Below, piece after piece: positions 8,741-18,791 of a stretch of 64,000 nt of DNA (the first letter of the stretch is position 1; every line of letters starts with the position of its first letter). Below the pieces are notes generated by a model. The model made no database searches and was not told where the DNA came from. It saw nothing but the letters and a program-made list of their open reading frames with translations. This stretch comes from Pseudomonadota bacterium (GTDB lineage Archaea; Thermoplasmatota; SW-10-69-26; JACQPN01; JAJPHT01): the NCBI GenBank assembly GCA_021325135.1, contig JAJPHT010000013.1:64001-128000 (forward strand), in the 5' to 3' direction. A program made the translations under genes and the position numbers.

Positions 8741-9665
8741 GCCCGAACCCGCCCAGGTCCAGGAGCTTCACCAATTCGCGGGCGCGGTTGCGGATCGTGA
8801 CCTCGGTCACGCCCGAGACCTCGCTCACGCGCTTCTGCGTGCGCGGATGCCCCTGGTCGTGGGAGGCGACGTAGATGGCGCTCGCCGCGAGGCCCGTGGG
8901 GCTGCGGCCGCTGGTGATGCCCTTGGCGTCCGCGTCGGCGAGCATCTTGCGCGCCGCGCCTTCGACCACCGGGGGCAGGTCGAGGTCGCTGGCGAGCCGC
9001 GCGAGGAAGTCCGTCGCGTGGGGCGCGGTGGGCTTCAGGCGCAGCTTGTTCACCAGCACGCGGTGGCAGCGCAGGAGCGTGCGCCGGTCGACGCCGCTGG
9101 CCTCGGCCATCTCGTCGGGGTTGCGCGGGTAGCCGGAGAGGCGGCTCGCGCCGTAGAGCGCGGCGGCGGCCATGGCGTCGATGCTGCGGCCGCGGATGAG
9201 GTCCGCCTCCGTCGCCTTGCGGTAGAGGCGGATGCCCTGCTCGGCGATGGGCTTGGGGATGCTCAGGCGGTCGGCGACGCCCTGGATGTACGTGATGGCC
9301 TTGGCGATGTTGCGGTCCGCGCCCGTGCGGAACGTGGAGCGCGTGTGGAGGCGCCGCATGCGGGCAAGCTCGTAGTGGCGCTTCGCGGGGATGCGCCGGC
9401 CGTGGGCGTCGCGGCTGGAGCGGTTGAACGGCGTGGAGAGGCCGTAGTCGTGGAGCGTCTCGGTGCGGGGCGCGCCCACGCGGACGCCCGACTTGTCGCC
9501 GTCGAAGGCGCGCCAGTCGGGGCCGTAGTCGATCTCGGCCTCGCTGGCGATGAGGCCGCACTTGGGGCACACCGTCTCGGCGTGCTGGCTGTCGCGGACA
9601 AGGACGGTGCCGCACTCCGCGCAGCGGTCCTCGCGCGTCTCATTGAGCTTCTTCATGGGCGTCAT
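8733..9665 (-). CDS. tfb: Transcription initiation factor IIB
   Basis: CAEC..CPKC zinc ribbon, GPDWRAF B-reader, two cyclin repeats (GRS..., GRSP.GLAA), VTEVTIRNR. Confidence 0.95.
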   Translation of the reverse strand: MTPMKKLNETREDRCAECGTVLVRDSQHAETVCPKCGLIASEAEIDYGPDWRAFDGDKSGVRVGAPRTETLHDYGLSTPFNRSSRDAHGRRIPAKRHYELARMRRLHTRSTFRTGADRNIAKAITYIQGVADRLSIPKPIAEQGIRLYRKATEADLIRGRSIDAMAAAALYGASRLSGYPRNPDEMAEASGVDRRTLLRCHRVLVNKLRLKPTAPHATDFLARLASDLDLPPVVEGAARKMLADADAKGITSGRSPTGLAASAIYVASHDQGHPRTQKRVSEVSGVTEVTIRNRARELVKLLDLGGFGLN

Positions 9666-9744
9666 AATCGGTCGAAGAGGGGGCGCTCGCTGGGGTCTCT
9701 CGACTCCCCAAACGCCATTGGCGTCTCCACTTGTGTTGCGTTTC

Positions 9745-9752
9745 TATATAAA
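9745..9752 (-). promoter_or_regulatory. Archaeal TATA box (TTTATATA) upstream of tfb
   Basis: Plus strand tatataaa about 80 nt upstream of the tfb ATG, in an otherwise GC-rich context. Confidence 0.7.
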
Positions 9753-10029
9753 GACGCGGTTACTGACGACGACTACGGACCCGCAGGGGCGCAGGCCGCG
9801 AAGGGGCAATTCCCAGGCGAGACACCCCTTGTCATGGCCTCGTAGCGGGGGCTCGCCTCTTGCTCTCTCCGGAAGGAGTAGGAAACCCCATCCGAGGGCC
9901 CGCGACGCGAGGGGGCAAGGGGGCGGCGCGCGCCCCCGACGCGGGCCTGGCGGCATCGGCCCGCGCATCGCGGCAAGGCGCTTCGCGGGTCCAACAATCT
10001 TTATGGCTCTCGTCCGGGAGTGGCCGCCC

Positions 10030-11547
10030 ATGCGCCTGCCCGTCCCGCTCCTTGTCGTCCTGGTCCTCGGCATCGCCGGGTGCGTCACGCCCACCGCGAC
10101 GCCTCCGTCGGGCGGAACCACCGCAGCGTCGCTGAACGGCTGGTCCATCGACTGCGCGACCGGCGCCGCGTCGCACGCGAAGAACGCCTCTTGGGCGCAG
10201 ACCTGCGAGGCGCGCGGCAGCACCACGCCCGGCCAGAAGCAGGAGACGTGGATCGCGATCAACCCGAAGGACCCCAACAACGTGGTCGTCGGCGCCAAGG
10301 ACCTCAACCCCGAGAGCAGCGCGCAGTGCGTCTGGAACGGCCTCGCGGTCACGCACGACGGCGGCAAGACCTGGAAGGACGTCGTCATCGGCGGCAAGTA
10401 CGCCGACCGCGACCCCACGAGCCCCTACTACGGCTACGCCTGCAACACCGACCCCGACTTCCAGTTCACCTCGGATGGCGCGCTGCACTACGGCGTCGAG
10501 ATGTACGGCTTCGGCTCCAAGGACGCCAACGGCCTCCTGGGCGGCACGCCCGCGGCGGGCCTCGCGGACGGCTTCAAGATCCTCCTCGCCACGAGCCACG
10601 ACGGCGGCGACACGTGGCCCGACGTGATCACCTACCAGCCTGACATCCTCGTCACCACCGACTACAGCCGCATGACCATCGACCCCGTCTCCCAGGCCAT
10701 CATCGAGGCCATCGGCAGCGACGGCGGCGGCCGCTGCCACGTCCTGGTCTCCAAGGACGGCGGCAAGACCGCGCAGCCCGTCGTCGAGGTGCAGACGCCC
10801 GATGGCGCGCCGTGCAACTCCGGCGCCGGCACCGCCATCGCGGTCTCCCCCAAGGGCGTCGTCACCCTCATCGGCGGCCAGGTGGGCTCGCAGGGTGACC
10901 CCGTGGGCGCCACGGGCGGCGGCGGCACGGACGCGCAGCCCATCGTCGTGCGCTCCACCGACGACGGCATGACGTGGCTCGACGAGAACCCCGGCTTCAA
11001 GTTCAAGCCCATCGCGCCCTTCAAGGAGAGCAAGTACCGCGTGGGCAGCGTCGTCGAGCTGGCCTACGACCTCACCTCGGGCCCGAACAAGGGCACGCTC
11101 TACGCATCCTACGCCGCGGCGGACCGCGACGAGGCCGACATCTTCGTGCGCTCCAGCAAGGACGACGGCAAGACGTGGAGCGACCCCGTGCTCGTCAACG
11201 ACGACGGCCCCGGCCCCCACCAGTGGATGAGCAACGTCGCGGTCGCGGGCGACGGCAGCGTCCACGTCTTCTTCTTCGACAAGCGCTACGACCCCAACCA
11301 CGTGCTCATCGACCTCGTGCACGCGGTGAGCTTCGACGGCGGCAAGACCTGGGCCAACGAGCGCGTCAGCAGCGTGAGCTTCGATGGCAACCTCGGCAAG
11401 CACCAGGAGGGCTTCCCCTTCATCGGCGACTACATCGGCGTCGCCTGCCTGAAGGACGACTGCTGGGCCGGCTTCCCCGACGCGAGCAACGGCGAGACGA
11501 CCGTCATCGCGGCCGCGCACGTCCACCGCACCAACAGCACGGCGTGA
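10030..11547 (+). CDS. Lipoprotein, BNR/Asp-box (sialidase-like) beta-propeller, paralog 1
   Basis: Lipobox IAGC; multiple S/T.DGGKTW Asp-boxes; C-terminal FIGDY. Confidence 0.88.
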   Translation: MRLPVPLLVVLVLGIAGCVTPTATPPSGGTTAASLNGWSIDCATGAASHAKNASWAQTCEARGSTTPGQKQETWIAINPKDPNNVVVGAKDLNPESSAQCVWNGLAVTHDGGKTWKDVVIGGKYADRDPTSPYYGYACNTDPDFQFTSDGALHYGVEMYGFGSKDANGLLGGTPAAGLADGFKILLATSHDGGDTWPDVITYQPDILVTTDYSRMTIDPVSQAIIEAIGSDGGGRCHVLVSKDGGKTAQPVVEVQTPDGAPCNSGAGTAIAVSPKGVVTLIGGQVGSQGDPVGATGGGGTDAQPIVVRSTDDGMTWLDENPGFKFKPIAPFKESKYRVGSVVELAYDLTSGPNKGTLYASYAAADRDEADIFVRSSKDDGKTWSDPVLVNDDGPGPHQWMSNVAVAGDGSVHVFFFDKRYDPNHVLIDLVHAVSFDGGKTWANERVSSVSFDGNLGKHQEGFPFIGDYIGVACLKDDCWAGFPDASNGETTVIAAAHVHRTNSTA

Positions 11548-11551
11548 GAGC

Positions 11552-13027
11552 ATGCGCGCCGCGGCCGCCCTCGCCCTCGCGCTGCTCGCGGCGGGCTGCC
11601 TCTCGTCGGGCCCCAGCGCCCCCGCCAGCGTCGGCGCGGGCGCGCCAGGCCCCGGCGGCTGGACGCTGGACTGCGCGCAGGGCGCCTACTCGCGCGCCAT
11701 CAACGCCTCGTGGGACCAGGCGTGCGAGGCGCGCGCCAGCCACAACCCGGGCCCCAAGGAGGAGACCTGGATCGCCATCAACCCCACCGACCCCGACAAC
11801 GTCGTCGTGGGCGCCAAGGACCTCGACCCCTCCTCCAGCGACCACTGCGTCTGGAACGGCGTCTTCGTGACGCACGATGGCGGCAAGACGTGGAAGGACG
11901 TCGTCATCGGCGGGAAGTTCGCGGACCGCAAGCCCGACAGCCCGTTCTACGGCTACGCGTGCAACACGGACCCCGACTTCCAGTTCACCAAGGACGGCGC
12001 GCTGCACTACGGCGTCGAGATGTACCAGCCTGAAGGCATCGCGCTCCCCGACGGCCCGGTCATCCCCGCCCCGGCGCCCGGCGCCGCGACGCAGGGCTTC
12101 AAGATCCTCCTCGCGACGAGCCACGACGGCGGCGACACCTGGCCCGACGTCATCACGTTCCAGCCCGACCTCGGCTTCACCAGCGACTACAGCCGCATGG
12201 TGGTGAGCCCCACGACGGGAACGATCCTGGAGGCCATCGGCAGCGACGGCGGCGCGGGCTGCCACGTGCTGCGCTCCACGGACGGCGGCAAGAGCGCCGA
12301 CTTCCGCCCCGTCGCCACCAAGGACGGCGTGCCGTGCGGCTCCAGCGGCGACACCGCCATCGCCGTCTCCCCCAACGGCGTCGTCGTGATCGTCGGCGGC
12401 ATCGGCACCGCGGCCGCCACCGGCAACGTGCGCGTCGTCGCGCGCTCCACCGACGATGGCGCGACGTGGACGGACTCCAACGCGGGCTTCGCCTACAGGG
12501 ACATCCCCGCATTCAAGGAGAGCCAGTACCGCGTGGGCAGCAACTTCGAGTTGGCCTATGACCTCACCGACGGGCCGCACAAGGGCACGCTCTACGTCGC
12601 GTATGCCTCCGCGGACCGCGACGAGGCCGACGTCTACGTGCGCTCCTCCACGGACGACGGCAGGACCTGGAGCCCGCCCGTGCTGGTCAACGACGACGCC
12701 AGCGGCCCGCACCAGTGGATGCCCAACGTCGCGGTCGCGGGCGACGGCAGCGTCCACGTCTTCTACATGGACAAGCGCCACGACCCCAACCACAAGCTCA
12801 TCGACATGACGCACGCCGTGAGCCTCGACGGGGGCAAGACGTGGACCAACGAGCGCGTCTCCACCGTGCCCTACGACGGCGACCTGGGCCGCCACCAGGA
12901 CGGCTACGCCTTCATCGGCGACTACCTGGGCGTCGCGTGCTCCAAGGCCGACTGCTGGGCGGGCTTCCCCGACGCGAGCGACGGCGCGACGACGGTGGTC
13001 GCGGCGGCGCACGTCCACAAGGCCTGA
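11552..13027 (+). CDS. Lipoprotein, BNR/Asp-box beta-propeller, paralog 2
   Basis: Lipobox AAGC; closely similar to paralog 1. Confidence 0.88.
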   Translation: MRAAAALALALLAAGCLSSGPSAPASVGAGAPGPGGWTLDCAQGAYSRAINASWDQACEARASHNPGPKEETWIAINPTDPDNVVVGAKDLDPSSSDHCVWNGVFVTHDGGKTWKDVVIGGKFADRKPDSPFYGYACNTDPDFQFTKDGALHYGVEMYQPEGIALPDGPVIPAPAPGAATQGFKILLATSHDGGDTWPDVITFQPDLGFTSDYSRMVVSPTTGTILEAIGSDGGAGCHVLRSTDGGKSADFRPVATKDGVPCGSSGDTAIAVSPNGVVVIVGGIGTAAATGNVRVVARSTDDGATWTDSNAGFAYRDIPAFKESQYRVGSNFELAYDLTDGPHKGTLYVAYASADRDEADVYVRSSTDDGRTWSPPVLVNDDASGPHQWMPNVAVAGDGSVHVFYMDKRHDPNHKLIDMTHAVSLDGGKTWTNERVSTVPYDGDLGRHQDGYAFIGDYLGVACSKADCWAGFPDASDGATTVVAAAHVHKA

Positions 13028-14442
13028 TGCGCATGAGGATCGCGCCGCTCCTCGTCCTCGCCCTCCTGGCCGCCGGATGCGCGGGCCCCGCCGCGCAGCG
13101 GGCCCAGGACGGCGCCTCGGCCCCCGGCGCGTGGACGCTGGACTGTACCCTAGGCGCGCACGGCGTCAACGCCTCGGGCTGGGCGCAGCGCTGCCTCGCC
13201 AAGGTGAGCGATTCGCCGCGCACCAAGGCCGAGACGTGGATCGCCGTGAGCCCCAAGGACCCGGCCATCATCGTCGCGGGCGTCAAGGACATGGACCCCG
13301 CCAAGAGCAACGCGTGCGTCTGGGTGAGCTACTACGCGACCACCGACGGCGGCGCGACGTGGCGTGATATCACCCCCGACGGCAAGTACGCCGACCGCAA
13401 GCCCACCGACGACGCGTTCGGCTGGGCGTGCAACACGGACCCCATGATGGCCTTCACGTCCGACGGCATGCTCCACGTCATCGTCGAGAAGTACGCGCTG
13501 GGCAAGAGCGTCAACACGCTCCTCTCCGCGGGGACGCGCTTCGACCTCTACACCTCCCCCGACGCGGGGAGGACGTGGCCCGTCCGCGCGCTCCTCGTGG
13601 CCGGCGACGGGCTCGCCTTCGGGCCGGACTACACGCGCATGGTCGCGAGCCCCAAGACCGGCACCCTCGTCACCTCGTTCATCGACTTCACCGGCGGCGA
13701 GCGCTGCTACGTCGTCGCGGCGCGCGACGGCGGCAAGACCGTGGACAAGCCCATCGCGATCCCCACCCCGGGCTCCATCGGCTGCCAGGTGGCCGCCGTC
13801 AGCGACGAGGGCGTCTTCACCGTGGGCGGCATCTACGGCGCGGCGCCCGCCACGCCCGGCACGACCTATTTTGCCATCAGCACCGACGACGCCCAGAGCT
13901 TCTCCGCGCCCCTGGCCGGCTTCGCGTTCTCGCCTGCCCAGTCCACCTTCCCGGGCCACCAGGCGTACACGGGCACCGGCCTGGAGCTTCGCGCCGCCCT
14001 CGCGGGGCCGCACAAGGGCGCGCTCTACGCGACCTCCAACGAGATGCAGGAGGGCCAGCTCGTCGCGAAGCTCCGCAAGAGCCTGGACCACGGCAAGACG
14101 TGGAGCGCCCCCCTCCGCATCGGCGACGCGACCGGCGTCGGCCTCGTGGACCTCGCCGTCGCCGACGACGGCTCGCTCCACGCCTTCTACCTCCGCGAAG
14201 GGCCCGACAAGCTCGTCTTCGTCGAGCACGCCTGGAGCCTCGACGACGGCCTCACCTGGCGCGCGGAGCGCGTCTCCGACAAGGCCTACGACCCCGACAC
14301 GGGGCGCCACCAGGACGGGGGCGTCTGGTTCGGCGACTACGTGGGCGTCACCTCCGAGGGGCGCGACGTGTGGGCCGCGTTCCCCGATTCGAGCCTCGGG
14401 GGCGAGCCCGTGCTGGCGGTGGCGCACGCGCACCGTGCGTAA
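13027..14442 (+). CDS. Lipoprotein, BNR/Asp-box beta-propeller, paralog 3 (more divergent)
   Basis: Lipobox AAGC; Asp-boxes; WFGDY; TGATG overlap with paralog 2. Confidence 0.85.
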   Translation: MRMRIAPLLVLALLAAGCAGPAAQRAQDGASAPGAWTLDCTLGAHGVNASGWAQRCLAKVSDSPRTKAETWIAVSPKDPAIIVAGVKDMDPAKSNACVWVSYYATTDGGATWRDITPDGKYADRKPTDDAFGWACNTDPMMAFTSDGMLHVIVEKYALGKSVNTLLSAGTRFDLYTSPDAGRTWPVRALLVAGDGLAFGPDYTRMVASPKTGTLVTSFIDFTGGERCYVVAARDGGKTVDKPIAIPTPGSIGCQVAAVSDEGVFTVGGIYGAAPATPGTTYFAISTDDAQSFSAPLAGFAFSPAQSTFPGHQAYTGTGLELRAALAGPHKGALYATSNEMQEGQLVAKLRKSLDHGKTWSAPLRIGDATGVGLVDLAVADDGSLHAFYLREGPDKLVFVEHAWSLDDGLTWRAERVSDKAYDPDTGRHQDGGVWFGDYVGVTSEGRDVWAAFPDSSLGGEPVLAVAHAHRA

Positions 14443-14519
14443 GCCGCGGAACCGAGGCGCCAGACGGAAGACCATCTGCCAGTTCGCTTATACGAAAGGC
14501 GCGTTGCTAACGCCACTCG

Positions 14520-15623
14520 ATGGCTATCCGGACCGCGCTTGTGCCTTGCCTTTTGGCGCCATTCCTCCTGTTTTCGGCTGCAGGAGACGCGGCTCACGGG
14601 CCCACCCTGGAGATCGAGGGACCGACCCACGCCCCGCTGCTGGTCAACTTCACGAATAACTCATCCTCCAACGTCCAGTTCGGAGGCGATTTCAGCCTCG
14701 TGGTCCGGAACGCGGATCTCCGTGGAGACCCAAGTCTCCGCGTCTTCGCGGGAACCCTCGATTCGAATGGGGCCTACATCGACGCGACGGTGCTGAACGT
14801 ATCCGACTCGGTTCAAGAGTGGATGATCCAGCGGGTGTGGAAGATCAACTTCGACGCGCCCAGCCAGCCCTTCACGCAAGTGCTGTTCGGCGCGGGCGTC
14901 GGGAAGGAGCCCACCGTCCAGGCCGTCGCCACGGGATTCGTCTACGTCGACCCAAGCCACTCGGGCGATGCGCCCAGCTACGGGTTCCGCTTGAGCACGG
15001 GTCCGCTCCCCGACGAGCCAAAAGCCGCACCCGCCGATCCGCCAAGCGGATCGGACCCCCGCGGCCCCGCCGTCTTGGAGGTCGTTGCCCTGACGGGCGT
15101 CGTCGCGATCAGCCTCGCGGTTTTCGGGTGGCCGCGACGCAATCGCGGCCTCGTCCTCTTGGGCACCATTCCCTTCCAACGGCGGGAGCAAGCGAAGAAA
15201 GAAATGCTGATGAACGACAACCGGCGGCGGCTCTACGAGGCCATCCACGAGGCGCCTCGCGCCAGGATGGCCGAGCTCATGGCGCGCACAGAACTCGCTG
15301 AAGGCGTCCTTCGCCACCATCTTCTCGTGCTCCGCCGCGCAGGGTTTGTCCTGAGGGTGACCGAGGATGGCGTCCATCATTACGTGCTTCCCGAGGACCA
15401 GCATCTGGTGCCAAGCAATCCGCCCAAGAAGCCCGGGATTCGGGAGATCATCCGGAGCATCGTCGAGCGCGAAGGCGCGCCTTCGGCCAAGGAGATCGCT
15501 CGTCGATGCGGCCGCTCGCCCCGGGCCGTTCGCGATCATCTCCACAAGCTGGAGGACGATCGCGTCGTCGAGGGCACCTACGTCTCGCGGGAGAAGCAGT
15601 GGCGATGGAGCCTTAGAGAATAG
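14520..15623 (+). CDS. Membrane-anchored tandem winged-helix transcription factor (lower GC)
   Basis: Signal peptide, extracellular domain, TM, then NRRRLYEAI..P...HHL.VL wHTH and a second wHTH. Confidence 0.75.
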   Translation: MAIRTALVPCLLAPFLLFSAAGDAAHGPTLEIEGPTHAPLLVNFTNNSSSNVQFGGDFSLVVRNADLRGDPSLRVFAGTLDSNGAYIDATVLNVSDSVQEWMIQRVWKINFDAPSQPFTQVLFGAGVGKEPTVQAVATGFVYVDPSHSGDAPSYGFRLSTGPLPDEPKAAPADPPSGSDPRGPAVLEVVALTGVVAISLAVFGWPRRNRGLVLLGTIPFQRREQAKKEMLMNDNRRRLYEAIHEAPRARMAELMARTELAEGVLRHHLLVLRRAGFVLRVTEDGVHHYVLPEDQHLVPSNPPKKPGIREIIRSIVEREGAPSAKEIARRCGRSPRAVRDHLHKLEDDRVVEGTYVSREKQWRWSLRE

Positions 15624-17157
15624 CCCCGTGCTTCTTCCCCGGCAGCGTCTCGTCCTTCCCCTCGAAGAACGCGAGCCGGCGCGCAAGCTCCTCGCGAAGC
15701 TGCGAGGGGGGCACGACGTGGTCCACGACCTGGTCGTCAGCCATGACGTGCACGTCGATGTCCTTGCGGTAGTCGGCGCGCAGCTTCTCCACGAAGGCCT
15801 TGCGCTCGGGGCCGTCGGGGATGGCGAGGATCTTGTTCTGGTAGACCGCGTTGATGGCGGCCTCGGGGCCCATGATGGCGATCTCGGCCCCGGGCAGCGC
15901 GAGGGTGCTCTCGGGCTCGAAGGCGGGGCCGCACATGGCGTAGATGCCCGCGCCGTAGGCCTTGCGCACGACGACGCAGAACTTGGGCACCGTCGCCATG
16001 CTGGTCGCGTAGATGAACTTCCGGCCGCGCATGAGCACGGCCTTGCGCTCCATGTCGGGGCCCACCATGAAGCCGGGCGTGTCGCTGAGGTAGACGAGGG
16101 GGATGTTGAACGAGTCGCAGCGCCAGATGAAGTGCGCCGCCTTGTCGCTGCTCTCGGGGAAGATGGCGCCCGCCTTGTGGGCCGAGTTGTTGGCGACGAT
16201 GCCCACGACGCGGCCGTCGATGCGCGCGAGGCCGGTGATCAGCTCCGGCGCGTAGTCGGGCTTCAGCTCGAACCAGGAGCCCTCGTCGATGATGCCCTCG
16301 ATCACGCCGTGCATGTCGAAGGCCTTGTTGGGGTCCTCGGGGATGAGGCCCATGAGCGTGGCGGGGTCGCGCGCGGGGGGCGCGGGCTGGTAGCGCGGCG
16401 GCTGGTGATAGCAGCTCTGGGGCAGGTACGTCATGAGGCGCTTCACCATGAGGGCGGCCTCCTCCTCGTCCTGCACGACGACGTCGCAGCTTCCCGACTC
16501 GCGGGCGTGCATGTCGGGGCCGCCCAGGTCCTGCATGCTGATCTTCTCGCCCGTCACCATCTCCACCATGCGGGGGGACGCGATGACCATGGCGCTGCCC
16601 GTGTCGCGGACCATGAAGACGAAGTCGCAGAAGACGGGCGTGTACGCGGCGCCCGCGACGCAGGGCCCGTACATGACGCAGACCTGCGGCACGACGCCGC
16701 TCATGATGCTGTGGTTGTAGAAGTAGCGGCCGATGCCGTGGCGGTTGGCGAAGAAGCCCGCCTGGTCCGTGATGCGGCCGCCGCTGCTGTCGATGAGGTA
16801 GAGGATGGGGGTCCGCGTTTTGAGCGCGCGCTCCTGGGCTCGCAGGAACTTCTCGACGCCCTTCTCCGCCATGCTGCCGGCCTTCACGGTGTAGTCGTTG
16901 GCGATGACGAACACCTTGCGGCCCTCCAGGTCGCCGGCTCCCGTGACCATGCCGTCCGCCGCCAGCTCGTCCACCTTGTGCCAGTTGGCCAGGAGGCCGT
17001 CCTCGAACGCGAGCCCCTCGGGGAAGTAGAGCTTGAGCCGGTCGCGGACGAAGAGCTTGCTCTCGGTCGCGAGCTTCTCGCGGTACTTCTCGGGGCCGCC
17101 CTTCTGGGCCTTCGCCGTGTCGTCGAGGATGCGCTGCTCGCGGGGGTCCGCTGGCAT
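15613..17157 (-). CDS. Acyl-CoA carboxylase beta (carboxyltransferase) subunit
   Basis: ANDYTVKAGS, DSSGGRI, GPCVAGAAY, DTPGFMVG, RKAYGAG, KKHG C-terminus. Confidence 0.95.
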   Translation of the reverse strand: MPADPREQRILDDTAKAQKGGPEKYREKLATESKLFVRDRLKLYFPEGLAFEDGLLANWHKVDELAADGMVTGAGDLEGRKVFVIANDYTVKAGSMAEKGVEKFLRAQERALKTRTPILYLIDSSGGRITDQAGFFANRHGIGRYFYNHSIMSGVVPQVCVMYGPCVAGAAYTPVFCDFVFMVRDTGSAMVIASPRMVEMVTGEKISMQDLGGPDMHARESGSCDVVVQDEEEAALMVKRLMTYLPQSCYHQPPRYQPAPPARDPATLMGLIPEDPNKAFDMHGVIEGIIDEGSWFELKPDYAPELITGLARIDGRVVGIVANNSAHKAGAIFPESSDKAAHFIWRCDSFNIPLVYLSDTPGFMVGPDMERKAVLMRGRKFIYATSMATVPKFCVVVRKAYGAGIYAMCGPAFEPESTLALPGAEIAIMGPEAAINAVYQNKILAIPDGPERKAFVEKLRADYRKDIDVHVMADDQVVDHVVPPSQLREELARRLAFFEGKDETLPGKKHGAIL

Positions 17158-17216
17158 GGCCTTCGCTCGGGGACCCGAGAGGGGGGTCAAAAGCGTATCT
17201 GCCACGGGGGCGCCGG

Positions 17217-18368
17217 TCAGCGCGCCTTCGCGGCCGCTTCCAGCGCCATCACGTGCATGGCGACGCTCCAGCCCAGCGGCGTGTTGGGCCCCGGCTCGTC
17301 GGAGCCCGCGTAGTAGAGCTCGGGAAGGTTGCCCGGCTCGCGCAGCACGCGCTTCGTCCAGCGCAGGTAGTGGTCCGCCTTCGCCTCGTGCCCCATGTCG
17401 CGGTGGACGAGCGAGAGCCACGGCAGGCCGAAGCACCACTCCGCCTCGGTGCCGTGGTAGAACTCCCACGGCTTGTCGCGGCCGTGGTCGTCCGCCAGCG
17501 TGCTGTAGTAGCTGTCCCCCTGATAGCGCAGGACACCGCGGGCGCGCAGGAGCCGCTTCTCCACGTTGCGCACGATGCGCTCGCGCTGCTCGGGCGTCGC
17601 CACGCGGTAGGGCCAGCAGAGGGACAGGAGCGAGAGGTCCACGGGCTTCGTCGCGCTCTCGCGGGGCAGCAGCGCGTCGAGGGCGGCGCGCCCCTCCCTC
17701 ACGAGGTCGTCGGGGACGTCGAAGCCCTGCCGGCGCAGCGCGAGAAGCCCGCCGAGGCACGCGCCGATGCTGGAGGCGTGCACCTCCTCGGCCTCCTCCC
17801 ACATGCCGTTGTCCGCGTCCTCCCAGTAGCGCAGCGACTCCAGCATGCGCACGAGCTTGGCCACGAGGCGCCGGTCGCGGGCGTCGCGCAGCACGGGCTT
17901 GCCGTGCCGGAGGCCCTCCGCGACGCCGAAGAGGATGGCGCCGATGGCGTCGTTCTGCTTGTTGCCCCACGGCTCCTGGAACTCACGCAGCGTGTGCGGG
18001 TGGAAGCGCGCGTGGATGTACGCGTCGCCCGAGACCGGCTTCTGCCGGACGATGGCGTCGATCTTCCACTCGTGGCGGCGCAGGATGTCCAGGAGCGCAG
18101 CGTAGGTGCGCTCGTAGCGCGGGCCCTCCTTGTCGGCGTAGGGCATGACCTCGTAGACGGTGTCGCGGAGCCAGACCTTGCTGTAGTCCGCGCTAGGGCT
18201 TGCGATGTAGAGCCCGTTGGCGAGGCGGAGGCGGTCGAGCGTCTTGTACCCGGCCTCGACGAGCGCCTCGGGGCTCGCGTCGAGGACCGACGAGGGGGAG
18301 CCGCCGTTCATCGGAGGCAGGTGGGTCGCATGGGCATGGCTCGATCCGGGAGGCGGCGCGGTCGTCAT
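17217..18368 (-). CDS. GH15 family glycoside hydrolase (glucoamylase/trehalase-like)
   Basis: YSKVWLRD, QNDAIG, GMWEE, HASS, RYQGDSY, PELY, PLGWS. Confidence 0.88.
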   Translation of the reverse strand: MTTAPPPGSSHAHATHLPPMNGGSPSSVLDASPEALVEAGYKTLDRLRLANGLYIASPSADYSKVWLRDTVYEVMPYADKEGPRYERTYAALLDILRRHEWKIDAIVRQKPVSGDAYIHARFHPHTLREFQEPWGNKQNDAIGAILFGVAEGLRHGKPVLRDARDRRLVAKLVRMLESLRYWEDADNGMWEEAEEVHASSIGACLGGLLALRRQGFDVPDDLVREGRAALDALLPRESATKPVDLSLLSLCWPYRVATPEQRERIVRNVEKRLLRARGVLRYQGDSYYSTLADDHGRDKPWEFYHGTEAEWCFGLPWLSLVHRDMGHEAKADHYLRWTKRVLREPGNLPELYYAGSDEPGPNTPLGWSVAMHVMALEAAAKAR

Positions 18369-18791
18369 GGGGGGTCAGAGGAGGTCGGCAGCGGCGTTCG
18401 TCGGCAGGGAGCGGGGCGCAGGCGAGGTCCAGCGCTCGGGCGACGGCCCGGTCGGCGTGCCCGTGCGCGCGGAGGTGGTCCAGGAGGTCCACCATCTGCG
18501 CGAGCGTGAGCGTGCCGGCGCGCCGTCCCTCCCGGATCCGCTCCAGGACCGGGTGGTGGCAAGGCAGGCACGACACGTCCGCATGCTCGCCCCGCGGGGG
18601 AAACACCGTTTTGGAGCATCCTTGGAAGGCCCGCCGCGCCAGGCGGACGCCTCAGGGACGCGCCAAGGCGGGGCACGACCTCCGAGTCGCCGCCGGGCGC
18701 CATGAGGGTGTCGGAACGGCCCGACGCGCGGGTTCGCCGGATGCCGAACAGATTCCGGCGTTTGATCGCGCGGTGGCGCGATGAGGGCTGC

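Noticed and set aside
18193-18606. Small ORF upstream of GH15 (HHPVLERIREG...LDLAC)
   Set aside because: The central part looks coding, but the frame runs deep into GH15 and no family was recognised; left uncalled
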